DNA of 49,083 nucleotides from an uncultured Lachnospiraceae bacterium (GTDB taxonomy: Bacteria; Bacillota; Clostridia; Lachnospirales; Lachnospiraceae). The first letter of the stretch is position 1; the number at the start of each line of letters is the position of its first letter. Shown piece by piece: positions 9,554-18,977 of this stretch. The notes under the pieces are model-generated. The model searched no databases, was not told the origin of the DNA, and saw nothing but the letters and a program-made list of their open reading frames with translations. Location of the stretch: assembly GCA_902767235.1 (NCBI GenBank), contig CACXGR010000262.1:1-49083 (forward strand). The letters run 5' to 3'. The translations under genes were made by a program, and so were the position numbers.

Positions 9554-10687
9554 ATGCACGTCGAAGAACTGGTGAAAAGCCTGAGAGAGAACAGTATACT
9601 GAGCAGAGAGGAGCTGCGGCAGCTTCTGTCCGGTTACGGGGTGCTTGAGGAGAGATCTCCTGTGCGGGACGTAAAGATGTGCGAAACACTGCCGGGGGCA
9701 CGCTGCACAAAAGAGGAGTCCTTTTTATTTGAAAACGCGCGGCAGGTCCGGGAGAGATCCTACGGCAAAGATGTCTATCTGCGCGGCCTGATCGAGTTTA
9801 CCAATTACTGCCGATGCGACTGCCGCTACTGCGGGATCCGCAGGAGCAACACGGTGGCACAGAGATACCGGCTGAGCAGAGAGCAGATACTGGACTGCTG
9901 CGAAGAAGGATACGGCCTGGGCTTTCGGACTTTTGTCCTGCAGGGCGGAGAGGACATGGCTTATTCGGACGGACAGATCTGCGAGCTGGTCTCTTCCATA
10001 AAGAGCAGATACGGGGACTGCGCCGTGACGCTGTCAATAGGGGAGCGGAAAAGAGAGTCCTACCGGGCCTATTTTGACGCCGGCGCCGACCGCTATCTCC
10101 TCAGACAGGAGACTTCCGACCCCGCGCATTACCGCTATCTTCATCCCGAACAGCAGACGATCGAGAACCGAAAGAGATGTCTCTGGGATCTGAGGGAGAT
10201 CGGATACCAGGTCGGCTGCGGCATAATGACGGGCTCACCGGGGCAGACGACGGAGCACATCATTGAGGACCTGCTCTTTATGAAGGAACTGTCGCCGCAA
10301 ATGATCGGGATCGGGCCCTTTATACCGCACAAAGACACCCCATTCGCCCGGGAAAAGGCAGGTACCCTGCAGGACACGCTGATCCTGCTGGCCGTGATCA
10401 GGCTGATGATGCCGGACGTGCTCCTGCCCGCGACGACGGCGCTCGGCACGATCGATCCCCTGGGAAGGGAGAGGGGACTCTTAGCCGGCGCGAATGTGAT
10501 CATGCCCAATCTGTCGCCTGCCGGCGTCAGAGGCAAATACCTTCTCTACGACGGCAAAATATGCACCGGCGATGAGGCGGCGCAGTGCCGGATCTGTCTG
10601 GAAAAGCGGGTCGAAAGGACGGGGTACAGGGTGATCATGTCCAGGGGTGACTGCGCCGGCTTCGTCCGCAGGCAAAACAGAGAGTAA
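9554..10687 (+). CDS. hydE: [FeFe]-hydrogenase radical SAM maturase HydE
   Basis: RGLIEFTNY-CxxxCxxC (CRCDCRYC), LQGGED, GADRYLLRQET, GIGPFIPHKDTP, GANVIMPN, YLLYDGK and the auxiliary Cx7Cx2C motif (CTGDEAAQCRIC). Confidence 0.93.
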   Translation: MHVEELVKSLRENSILSREELRQLLSGYGVLEERSPVRDVKMCETLPGARCTKEESFLFENARQVRERSYGKDVYLRGLIEFTNYCRCDCRYCGIRRSNTVAQRYRLSREQILDCCEEGYGLGFRTFVLQGGEDMAYSDGQICELVSSIKSRYGDCAVTLSIGERKRESYRAYFDAGADRYLLRQETSDPAHYRYLHPEQQTIENRKRCLWDLREIGYQVGCGIMTGSPGQTTEHIIEDLLFMKELSPQMIGIGPFIPHKDTPFAREKAGTLQDTLILLAVIRLMMPDVLLPATTALGTIDPLGRERGLLAGANVIMPNLSPAGVRGKYLLYDGKICTGDEAAQCRICLEKRVERTGYRVIMSRGDCAGFVRRQNRE

Positions 10688-10724
10688 TCATACACAGTTC
10701 ATTCATGATCGGAGGAAAAAGCAC

Positions 10725-12089
10725 ATGGGATACAGGATCGAACATGACTCGATGGGAGAGATGATGGTGCCCGAGGAGCGCCTGTGGGGCGCACAGACGC
10801 AGAGAAGCTATCAGAATTTTAAGATCGGCACAGAGAAGATGCCGCAGGAAGTGATCAGGGCCTTTGCGGTCCTGAAATCGGCTGCCGCCATCGCCAACAA
10901 CAGGATCGGCAAACTGGACGATGAGAGATGCAAACTGATCGGAAAAGTCTGTACGGAAATCCTTGAAGGCGGCATGTATGACGAATTTCCGCTCGTGGTA
11001 TGGCAGACCGGAAGCGGCACGCAGTCCAATATGAACGTGAATGAGGTCATCGCGAACCGCGGAAATCAGATCGCGGGCCAAAAGCTTCTTCATCCGAACG
11101 ACACGGTCAATATGTCACAGAGCTCCAACGATACCTTTCCGACCGCAATGAATATTGCCGCCGTCATGTCTCTGAAAAACCGTCTTTATCCGGCCATGGA
11201 GGCACTGATCGCAGAACTCAGACGCCTGGAGAAAGAGAATGAAGGGATCGTAAAGAGCGGGAGGACTCACCTTCAGGACGCCGTCCCGATCGCCTTTTCC
11301 CAGGAGATCAGCGGATGGAGAAATATGATCGAAAAGTGCCGGGATATGATCAGGGACTCGGAAAAAGGCCTCAGAGAGCTGGCACTGGGAGGAACAGCCG
11401 TGGGAACCGGTCTGAACGCACCGGAAGGATTTGCCAAGGAAGCGGCAAAGGCAGTCTCCGAACTTACGGAAGTGGAGTTCTGTTCGGAGGAGAACAAGTT
11501 CCATGCTCTTTCCGCCAAGGACGCGATCGTATTTTCACACGGCTCTCTCAAATCGCTGGCGGCGGACCTTATGAAGATCGCCAACGATGTGCGCTGGCTC
11601 TCCAGCGGTCCCAGATGCGGTCTGGGAGAGATCCTGATCCCCGAGAACGAGCCCGGCAGTTCCATCATGCCCGGAAAGGTAAACCCCACCCAGTGCGAGG
11701 CGGTGACCATGGTGGCCGTGCAGGTCATGGGAAATGACGCCGCCGTCGGATTTGCGGCGTCCCAGGGCAATTTTCAGCTGAACGTATTCATGCCGGTCAT
11801 CATCTACAATTATCTGCAGTCGGTCAGACTGCTCGCGGACTGTATCGATTCCTTTAGGACCAACTGTGTGAGCGGCATAAGGCCCAACAGGGAAAAGATG
11901 GCCCATAATCTCCACAATTCGCTGATGCTGGTGACCGCCCTCAATCCCTACATCGGGTATGAAAATGCGGCGAAGACAGCCAAGCTGGCCTACAAGGAGA
12001 ATATTTCCCTCCGAGAGGCCTGTATACGGCTCGGTTTCCTGACGCCCGACAGATTTGACGAGGTATTTCATCCGGAAGAAATGGTCTGA
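10725..12089 (+). CDS. fumC: Class II fumarate hydratase
   Basis: RIEHDSMG, WQTGSGTQSNMN, GRTHLQDA and the signature GSSIMPGKVNPTQCEA (TQCEA is FumC-type rather than AspA-type). Confidence 0.93.
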   Translation: MGYRIEHDSMGEMMVPEERLWGAQTQRSYQNFKIGTEKMPQEVIRAFAVLKSAAAIANNRIGKLDDERCKLIGKVCTEILEGGMYDEFPLVVWQTGSGTQSNMNVNEVIANRGNQIAGQKLLHPNDTVNMSQSSNDTFPTAMNIAAVMSLKNRLYPAMEALIAELRRLEKENEGIVKSGRTHLQDAVPIAFSQEISGWRNMIEKCRDMIRDSEKGLRELALGGTAVGTGLNAPEGFAKEAAKAVSELTEVEFCSEENKFHALSAKDAIVFSHGSLKSLAADLMKIANDVRWLSSGPRCGLGEILIPENEPGSSIMPGKVNPTQCEAVTMVAVQVMGNDAAVGFAASQGNFQLNVFMPVIIYNYLQSVRLLADCIDSFRTNCVSGIRPNREKMAHNLHNSLMLVTALNPYIGYENAAKTAKLAYKENISLREACIRLGFLTPDRFDEVFHPEEMV

Positions 12090-12164
12090 AGACGGGAACG
12101 GCAGCCTGTGAACGGAAAAAATGAAAGAACAGCCCGGGAAATGCATGATTATGCAAAAAGTTTC

Positions 12165-12193
12165 TTGAAACAGCGCATGGAAGTGCATATAAT
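12165..12193 (+). promoter_or_regulatory. Sigma70/SigA-type promoter for the ABC transporter operon
   Basis: TTGAAA (12165-12170), 17 bp spacer, TATAAT (12188-12193). Confidence 0.7.
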
Positions 12194-12268
12194 AGACGTT
12201 GAATTTCCTGTATACAATAGTACAGATTGTTGTATAAAGAAGTATGGGAAGAGAACGGAGGAAAAAAT

Positions 12269-13114
12269 ATGAAAAAGTTATTAGCAATGCTGCTCACAGC
12301 AGCGGTCTCTGTCAGCCTCATTGCCTGCGGCGGTTCATCCGCACCTGCATCCGGCAGTGATTCCAAGGAAGAGACCCAGGAGGAAGCGGCACCGGCAGAG
12401 GCAGCTCAGGACGCAGTTTCGGAAGCGCTCGCAGACGGCAAGCTGGTCGTCGGTACGAACGCGGAATTCCCGCCTTTTGAGTATCTTGGCGACAACGGCG
12501 ATCCGGACGGCTTCGACATGGCGCTGATCAAGGCGATCGGTGAGAAGCTCGGCGTGGAAGTCGAGATCCAGAACATGGAGTTCGGTTCTCTGATCACTTC
12601 GATCGGATCCAAGATCGACATCGCCATTGCCGGCATGACGGTCACGGATGAGAGAAAGAACGCGGTTGATTTCTCCGACCCCTATTACGATGCTGTTCAG
12701 TATGTGATCCTGCCCGCGGATTCCGCCATCGCTGCCAAAGAAGACCTTCTCGGCAAGACCATCGGCTGCCAGCTCGGAACGACCGGCGAATACCTGATCG
12801 ACGATATCATCGCGGAAGACGGCGCGACCCAGAAGAAGTCCTATAACAAAGCAGTTGACGCTGTCAACGATCTTCTCAACGGAAGACTTGACTGTGTCAT
12901 CATCGACAGGAATCCCGCTATGGTATTCCAGTCCAACTATCCCGATCAGATCAAGCTCAGCGACGGCGCTGACTTCGGCTTCGAAGCGGAGCAGTACGCG
13001 ATCGCGATGCCCAAGGGCGACACCGCTCTGGTTGAGCAGGTCAATGCGGCGCTTGCCGAGCTCAAGAGCGACGGAACCTTCGACAAACTCGTCGAGCAGT
13101 ACATCGAGAACTAA
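12269..13114 (+). CDS. Polar amino-acid ABC transporter substrate-binding lipoprotein
   Basis: Lipobox LIAC; VGTNAEFPPFEY, GMTVTDER, DFSDPYY. Confidence 0.93.
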   Translation: MKKLLAMLLTAAVSVSLIACGGSSAPASGSDSKEETQEEAAPAEAAQDAVSEALADGKLVVGTNAEFPPFEYLGDNGDPDGFDMALIKAIGEKLGVEVEIQNMEFGSLITSIGSKIDIAIAGMTVTDERKNAVDFSDPYYDAVQYVILPADSAIAAKEDLLGKTIGCQLGTTGEYLIDDIIAEDGATQKKSYNKAVDAVNDLLNGRLDCVIIDRNPAMVFQSNYPDQIKLSDGADFGFEAEQYAIAMPKGDTALVEQVNAALAELKSDGTFDKLVEQYIEN

Positions 13115-13176
13115 GAGTCACCGAGGGACCACTTTATAAGAGCGGCCGCCGGCGGCGTATCATAGAAGGATGTTTC

Positions 13177-13205
13177 TGCCGGGCGGGAGTGACTCCTGCC
13201 CGGCA
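13177..13205 (+). other. Intergenic stem-loop after the binding-protein gene (mRNA stabiliser or partial terminator)
   Basis: TGCCGGGCGGGAG-TGA-CTCCTGCCCGGCA inverted repeat. Confidence 0.6.
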
Positions 13206-13234
13206 ATTATGTTAAACAAGCACAGGAGAAACCG

Positions 13235-13921
13235 ATGAGTGTCAGTGAATTATTCAGAATCGCCTTTATAGAAAAGGATCGCTGGAAACTGTATCTGCAG
13301 GGACTGGGGATCACGATCCAGGTATCGGTCTTCGCCGCTTTGATCGGCCTTGTGATCGGAACGGTCGCAGCCCTGATGAAGCTGCATACGAACCGAAGCG
13401 GAAAGACTACGATCCTGGGAAAGATCGCAGATGTTTATATCGATGTGATCAGAGGCACGCCCTCTGTTCTGCAGCTCATGATCATGTGGTTCATCATCAT
13501 GAAAAACTTCACGAACGGAATACTGGTAGCCAGTCTTTCCTTCGGCATCAACTCCGGCGCCTATGTGGCGGAGATCATCCGCGCGGGCATTCTGGCAGTG
13601 GATTCGGGGCAGATGGAAGCCGGCCGGTCGCTGGGCCTTTCCCGCTTCCAGACTATGCGCTACGTCGTGCTGCCGCAGGCTTTCAAGAACGCGCTGCCTC
13701 CTCTGTGCAATGAGTTCATCACGCTCCTGAAGGAGACAGCGATCGTGGGATACGTCGGAATGAGTGACCTGACCCGCGTGGCCAATCAGATCTCATCGGC
13801 TACCTATCAGGCCTTCATGCCGCTGATCGGCGCCGCCGTGATCTATCTGATCGTTGTCAAAATACTGACCATCCTGTTCGGTAATCTGGAAAGGAGGATG
13901 AGACAAGGTGATAACCGTTAA
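13235..13921 (+). CDS. Amino-acid ABC transporter permease
   Basis: [28 protein letters not shown] (EAA loop), [10 protein letters not shown]. Confidence 0.95.
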   Translation: MSVSELFRIAFIEKDRWKLYLQGLGITIQVSVFAALIGLVIGTVAALMKLHTNRSGKTTILGKIADVYIDVIRGTPSVLQLMIMWFIIMKNFTNGILVASLSFGINSGAYVAEIIRAGILAVDSGQMEAGRSLGLSRFQTMRYVVLPQAFKNALPPLCNEFITLLKETAIVGYVGMSDLTRVANQISSATYQAFMPLIGAAVIYLIVVKILTILFGNLERRMRQGDNR

Positions 13922-14630
13922 AAACCTTCACAAGAGCTTTGGTGACAATGAAGTCCTCCGTGGTATCGATTATACGGTTCATGACGGGGAGAAGATCGTT
14001 GTGATCGGGCCCTCCGGCTCGGGAAAATCCACATTTCTGCGCTGCCTGAATCTCCTGGAGATCCCCACCAGCGGAGAGATATGGCTGGATGACACCCTGA
14101 TCACGGATCCGAATGTCGATATCGATAAGGTGAGGCAGAGAATGGGAATGGTGTTCCAGCACTTCAACCTCTTTGCCAACCTGACGATCATGGACAATAT
14201 CACACTGGCGCCCACAAAGCTTGGGATCATGAACAAGGAAGAGGCCAGAGAAAATGCGCTGGCACTGCTAAAGAGAGTCAATCTCTCCGACAAAGCGGAC
14301 GCCTATCCCGCGCAGCTCTCCGGCGGTCAGAAACAGAGGATCGCGATCGTGCGTTCCCTGGCCATGAATCCCGAGGTCATGCTCTTCGACGAGCCCACAT
14401 CGGCGCTGGATCCGGAGATGGTCGGTGAAGTTCTGGACGTCATGCAGGAGCTGGCAAAGGCCGGAATGACCATGGTCGTGGTCACGCATGAGATGGGATT
14501 TGCCAGAGAAGTGGGCACGAAAGTGCTGTTCGTAGATGAAGGGGTCATCAAAGAAGAGAATACGCCCGCTGAATTCTTTGACAATCCCAAGGATCCCAGA
14601 CTTCAGGACTTTTTGAGCAAAGTCCTTTGA
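13908..14630 (+). CDS. Amino-acid ABC transporter ATP-binding protein (GlnQ-like)
   Basis: [28 protein letters not shown]; GTG start. Confidence 0.95.
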   Translation: MITVKNLHKSFGDNEVLRGIDYTVHDGEKIVVIGPSGSGKSTFLRCLNLLEIPTSGEIWLDDTLITDPNVDIDKVRQRMGMVFQHFNLFANLTIMDNITLAPTKLGIMNKEEARENALALLKRVNLSDKADAYPAQLSGGQKQRIAIVRSLAMNPEVMLFDEPTSALDPEMVGEVLDVMQELAKAGMTMVVVTHEMGFAREVGTKVLFVDEGVIKEENTPAEFFDNPKDPRLQDFLSKVL

Positions 14631-14706
14631 CGGGCGTCCAAAAGGGCAGTGAAGAAGAAGCCGCACCGGATACAGGCCGGCTCCGGCAGATGCAAAAAGT
14701 GATCAG

Positions 14707-14755
14707 AAACGCCCCGACGAGGCAGATATTTTTGTCGTCGGGGCGTTTTATTTGT
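14707..14755 (+). terminator. Rho-independent terminator
   Basis: AAACGCCCCGACGA ... TCGTCGGGGCGTTT followed by TATTTGTT. Confidence 0.8.
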
Positions 14756-14783
14756 TGTCATCCAAATTGAAGTAGGGTAAAAT
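14755..14783 (+). promoter_or_regulatory. Sigma70-type promoter for the hisC operon
   Basis: TTGTCA, 17 bp spacer, TAAAAT. Confidence 0.6.
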
Positions 14784-14817
14784 ACGCTGGGGATATTTGT
14801 AAGGACAAAGGAGGAAC

Positions 14818-15900
14818 ATGATGTCCTGGGAGAAAAAAGTCAGAAAGACAGTACCTTATACGGCGGGTGAACAGCCCAAAGACAAGAACATTATCAAACT
14901 CAACACCAACGAATGCCCCTATCCGCCGGCGCCCGGCGTAAAGAAGGCTATGGAGGAGCTGATGGCGCATACGGATGACCTGCGCCTCTATCCGGATATG
15001 AACGCCTCGATGCTGGTGGACGCGCTGGCTGAGCACTACGGGATCGACAGCAGCAGGATCTTTGTCGGCGTGGGCTCCGATGACGTGCTGGCCCTGTGTT
15101 TTCTCACGTTTTTTACGAACGGCGATCCCATCCTCTTTCCGGAGATCACATACAGTTTTTATCCCGTGTGGGCAGAGCTGTACGGGATCGACTACAAGCA
15201 GATCCCGCTGACCAGTGAGCTCACGATCGATTCCTATGAGTATATCCCGCGGCTGACGAAGATGAAGAACGGAGGCGTCATATTCCCCAATCCGAATGCG
15301 CCCACAGGCGTGGAAGAGCCGCTCAGCATCATTGAGCGGATCGTCAAGGGCAATCCCGACAGCGTAGTGATCGTGGACGAGGCCTATATAGATTTCGGCG
15401 GGACGAGCGCGCTGCCCCTGATCGACAAATACGACAACCTGCTCATCGTGCAGACCTTCTCCAAATCACGGTCCATGGCCGGACTCAGGGTAGGATTTGC
15501 CATGGGGAGCGAGAAGCTGATCGGTTACCTGAAGGACGTCAAATTTTCTTTCAACTCCTACACGATGAATCTTCCCTCGATCCTTCTGGGAACGGCGGCC
15601 GTAAAGGACAGGGAATATTTTGAACAGACGACCGGGAAGATCGTGGATACGAGAGAGCGCTTCAAGAAGAAGCTGAACGAGATGGGATTCATATTCCCTG
15701 ATTCCAAAGCCAATTTTGTCTTTGCCTGTCATCCGGACTTCTCGGGCGAGTATCTGTTTACAGAACTCAGAAAAAGAAACATAGTGGTGAGACACTGGAA
15801 CAAGCCGCTGATCAGTGAGTATCTCAGGATCACGATCGGCACGGACGAGCAGATGGACGCCGTGGCGGAAGCGCTCCGGGAGATCACAGCAGCAAATTGA
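14818..15900 (+). CDS. hisC: Histidinol-phosphate aminotransferase
   Basis: KLNTNECPY, PNPNAPTG, VDEAYIDF, TFSKSRSMAGLRVG (PLP lysine), LRITIGT. Confidence 0.9.
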   Translation: MMSWEKKVRKTVPYTAGEQPKDKNIIKLNTNECPYPPAPGVKKAMEELMAHTDDLRLYPDMNASMLVDALAEHYGIDSSRIFVGVGSDDVLALCFLTFFTNGDPILFPEITYSFYPVWAELYGIDYKQIPLTSELTIDSYEYIPRLTKMKNGGVIFPNPNAPTGVEEPLSIIERIVKGNPDSVVIVDEAYIDFGGTSALPLIDKYDNLLIVQTFSKSRSMAGLRVGFAMGSEKLIGYLKDVKFSFNSYTMNLPSILLGTAAVKDREYFEQTTGKIVDTRERFKKKLNEMGFIFPDSKANFVFACHPDFSGEYLFTELRKRNIVVRHWNKPLISEYLRITIGTDEQMDAVAEALREITAAN

Positions 15901-15915
15901 GTAAGGAAGACAGTA

Positions 15916-16413
15916 ATGGAAAGTTTAGCAGCATGGTTTGCAGCACACCTGGGTAAATATATCTCCGCGAAGGCAGTGGTGTTCCTGGTATCTCTGATGC
16001 CGATCCTGGAGTGCCGCGGCGGACTGATCGTGGCGTCCCTTCTGGGCGTCAATATCGTGGAGGCGATCCCGATCTGCGTGATCGGCAATTTCCTGCCGAT
16101 CCCTTTTATCCTTTTGTTCATCAAGAGGATCTTCAAATGGCTGAAAAAATTCGAACCGACGGAAAAGGTAGTCACGAAACTCGAAGACCGCGCCATGAAC
16201 AAGAGTGATGCGCTGGAAAACGGAGAGTTCATCGGGCTGATGCTCTTTGTGGGGATTCCCCTGCCGGGCACCGGCGGCTGGACCGGGTCGCTGATCGCAG
16301 CGCTTTTGGATGTGGAGTTCAAAAAAGCCCTTGTGGCAGAGATACTGGGGATATTGATCGCAACGGTGATCATGTCCATCGTCTCTTACGGACTGCTCGC
16401 GCAGATCCTGTGA
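15916..16413 (+). CDS. Putative small multidrug export family membrane protein (COG2426-like)
   Basis: SLMPILECRGG and FVGIPLPGTGGWTG motifs; hydrophobic. Confidence 0.8.
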   Translation: MESLAAWFAAHLGKYISAKAVVFLVSLMPILECRGGLIVASLLGVNIVEAIPICVIGNFLPIPFILLFIKRIFKWLKKFEPTEKVVTKLEDRAMNKSDALENGEFIGLMLFVGIPLPGTGGWTGSLIAALLDVEFKKALVAEILGILIATVIMSIVSYGLLAQIL

Positions 16414-16464
16414 GCGGCGTGACTGCAGGTTTTGGCGGCATATAACAGAAAGACGGAATTACTT

Positions 16465-17316
16465 ATGTACGAAAGCTATAGAAGCTTTGCTTCGGTTTAT
16501 GATGAGTTCATGGACGGGACGGACTATCAGGAAACAGCTGATAAGATCCAGGATATGATCACACGGTTCGGCCTCTCCAAACCCTCCCAGAAACGGACAG
16601 GTGCCAGTGAGGCGAGAGATGTCCTTCTCGCTGCAGAGAAAAACCTGGTGGTGGATATCGCCTGCGGCACAGGAAAGCTGACGGAGATATTGGCCGGACG
16701 GGGGTATGACGTGATGGGGATCGACCTGTCGGAGGAGATGCTGAGCATTGCCCTGAACAGGCGGGACAAATTGGGCCACAAGACCCTGTACCTGTGCCAG
16801 GACATGAGAGAGTTTGAGCTTTACGGCACGGCGGGCACTTTTGTCAGTGTCGGCGACAGCGTCAATTACCTGACGAGCGACGCTGATATGGTGAAACTCT
16901 TCAAGAGAATCAATACATTCCTCTTTCCCCGGGGGATCTTCGTGTTTGACTTTAAGACGCTCTATCTCTACAGGGACGTGATCGGAGACCGGACCATTGC
17001 CGAGGACAGGGATGACTGCTCTTTCATATGGGACAACTGGTTTGATCCCAAGACCAATATCAACGAATATGATCTCTCCCTCTTTATCAGAGACGCCGGC
17101 AGCGACGGGGAAGACAATGTCTTCCGCAAGTTCCGCGAAGTCCATGAGCAGCGGGGATACACGCTGGAAGAGATGAAACATTATGTGAAGGAAGCAGATC
17201 TGGAATGGGTCACGGAGATGGACAGCGATACGATGGGACCGGTCACGGCAAAGAGCGAACGGATCCTTTGCGTCGTGCGGGAAAAGAACAAGAAACTTCC
17301 GCCCGCAGTGCAGTGA
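16465..17316 (+). CDS. Class I SAM-dependent methyltransferase
   Basis: FASVYDEFM, VDIACGTG, GIDLSEEML, QDMREF, DSVNY. Confidence 0.88.
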   Translation: MYESYRSFASVYDEFMDGTDYQETADKIQDMITRFGLSKPSQKRTGASEARDVLLAAEKNLVVDIACGTGKLTEILAGRGYDVMGIDLSEEMLSIALNRRDKLGHKTLYLCQDMREFELYGTAGTFVSVGDSVNYLTSDADMVKLFKRINTFLFPRGIFVFDFKTLYLYRDVIGDRTIAEDRDDCSFIWDNWFDPKTNINEYDLSLFIRDAGSDGEDNVFRKFREVHEQRGYTLEEMKHYVKEADLEWVTEMDSDTMGPVTAKSERILCVVREKNKKLPPAVQ

Positions 17317-17381
17317 GCGCGGTCTCGGCGCAAAACGCTTCGACATGAAGGCAGAAATGAATCATCTGAAAGGGGACAGGC

Positions 17382-18314
17382 ATGCATATCAATTTCACAA
17401 AGATGGAAGGATGCGGCAATGACTATGTCTACATAGACGGCACTGCAAATGACATACCTTCCGCAGACAAACCGGAACTGGTGAGAAAACTGAGCGACCG
17501 GCACTTCGGCATCGGCGGTGACGGCGTGATCTTTATAAACCGCTCACAGATCGCTGATTTTGAGATGGAAATGTACAATGCGGACGGAAGCCGGGGAGAG
17601 ATGTGCGGAAACGGGATCCGCTGCGTCGGGAAGTTCGTCTATGATCACGGGATGACCGATCAAACGGAGATCACTGTGGAGAGTTTCGGCAAGATCAAGT
17701 ATCTCACGCTTTACCCTGAGAACGGGCTGGTGGAGCGCGTCAGGGTGAACATGGGACCGGCTGTCCTGGAGGCTTCCGAGATCCCGGTCCGTTTTCCCGA
17801 AAAGGACATGCAGACACTGGAACCCGGTGACGGCACGACGGTCCGAAACGCAGTGGTGAATGCGCCGATCACGGTGGACGGACGGACATATCATGTCACA
17901 TGTGTTTCTATGGGCAATCCGCATGCAGTCCTCGTCGTGGACAAGACGGAGGACCTGCCTCTGACACAGATCGGACCGAAATTTGAGAATCATGTCAATT
18001 TCCCCAACCGGATCAACACGGAGTTTATCCGGATCGTGGACCGGGAGCACATTCAGCTCCGAGTCTGGGAGAGGGGATCGGGCGAGACGCTGGCCTGCGG
18101 GACAGGATGCTGCGCGGCGGGCGTCGCCTGCGCTCTCGGCGGGCTCACTTCGGAGAGGATCTTCGTGGATGTGCTGGGCGGAAGGCTCGAGATCGAATGG
18201 GACAGGAAGAAGAACAACGTGTGGATGACGGGACCTGCCAGAACCGTTTTTGAAGGATCCGTCGATACAGAGGCTTTTAAGGGACTTGATATAGGCAGAA
18301 ACGGAGATCTGTGA
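17382..18314 (+). CDS. dapF: Diaminopimelate epimerase
   Basis: FTKMEGCGNDY, EMCGNGIRC, SMGNPH, WERGSGETLACGTG. Confidence 0.96.
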   Translation: MHINFTKMEGCGNDYVYIDGTANDIPSADKPELVRKLSDRHFGIGGDGVIFINRSQIADFEMEMYNADGSRGEMCGNGIRCVGKFVYDHGMTDQTEITVESFGKIKYLTLYPENGLVERVRVNMGPAVLEASEIPVRFPEKDMQTLEPGDGTTVRNAVVNAPITVDGRTYHVTCVSMGNPHAVLVVDKTEDLPLTQIGPKFENHVNFPNRINTEFIRIVDREHIQLRVWERGSGETLACGTGCCAAGVACALGGLTSERIFVDVLGGRLEIEWDRKKNNVWMTGPARTVFEGSVDTEAFKGLDIGRNGDL

Positions 18315-18355
18315 TAGACTCAGAGGAACAAAGACAGAAAGGTGGTTTTTATAAA

Positions 18356-18862
18356 ATGGGTATTTTACAGCAGTGGAGAGACAAAGCGTACGATGAGAAG
18401 GCAAACAAGGGAGACCTCAAGCGGCTCTGGTCTGAATATTTTGCCAAAGAAAAAGATATCTATGCAGAGCTTCTCAAGAATCCGGACGAAGTGGTGACCG
18501 GAACCGTGAAAGAGCTCGCTGACAAATATAATGTCGATCTCATGACGATGACCGGATTTCTGGACGGGATCAATGATTCCCTCAAGGAAGCCAACCCCAT
18601 CGAGGAGATGGAGGAGGACACGGTCGTAAATCTCGGTTTCGACAAGGAACTTCTGTACAAGAACATGGTGGCGGCCGGTGCCGACTGGCTCTATGACCTG
18701 GAAGAGTGGAAATCGATCTTTGACGAGGAGAAGCGGAAGGAGCTCTACAAGGAGCAGAAAGCCAGCGGAACGGTGGTAAAGCCCGCCAAGATCTATCCCA
18801 ATGATCCCTGCCCCTGCGGTTCCGGCAAGAAGTATAAGAAGTGCCACGGAAGAAACCGCTGA
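18356..18862 (+). CDS. SEC-C metal-binding domain protein
   Basis: C-terminal PNDPCPCGSGKKYKKCHG. Confidence 0.88.
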   Translation: MGILQQWRDKAYDEKANKGDLKRLWSEYFAKEKDIYAELLKNPDEVVTGTVKELADKYNVDLMTMTGFLDGINDSLKEANPIEEMEEDTVVNLGFDKELLYKNMVAAGADWLYDLEEWKSIFDEEKRKELYKEQKASGTVVKPAKIYPNDPCPCGSGKKYKKCHGRNR

Positions 18863-18902
18863 TCCCGCCGCAGGAATGCGGAACGACAATGACATATCGC
18901 GC

Positions 18903-18950
18903 AAAAAGAGCGCCGTACAGCACATCAGTCGAGCTGTACGGCGCTTTTCT
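18903..18950. terminator. Bidirectional terminator between convergent genes
   Basis: AAAAAGAGCGCCGTACAGC ... GCTGTACGGCGCTTTTCT. Confidence 0.8.
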
Positions 18951-18977
18951 ACAGATCCGATCAGGAGAAGAGGACGT

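Noticed and set aside
9554-10687. Alternative call as biotin synthase, PylB or HydG
   Set aside because: It carries HydE-type YxxY and Cx7Cx2C motifs and is next to hydF. It is too short for HydG and lacks the HydG C-terminal Cx2Cx22C domain.
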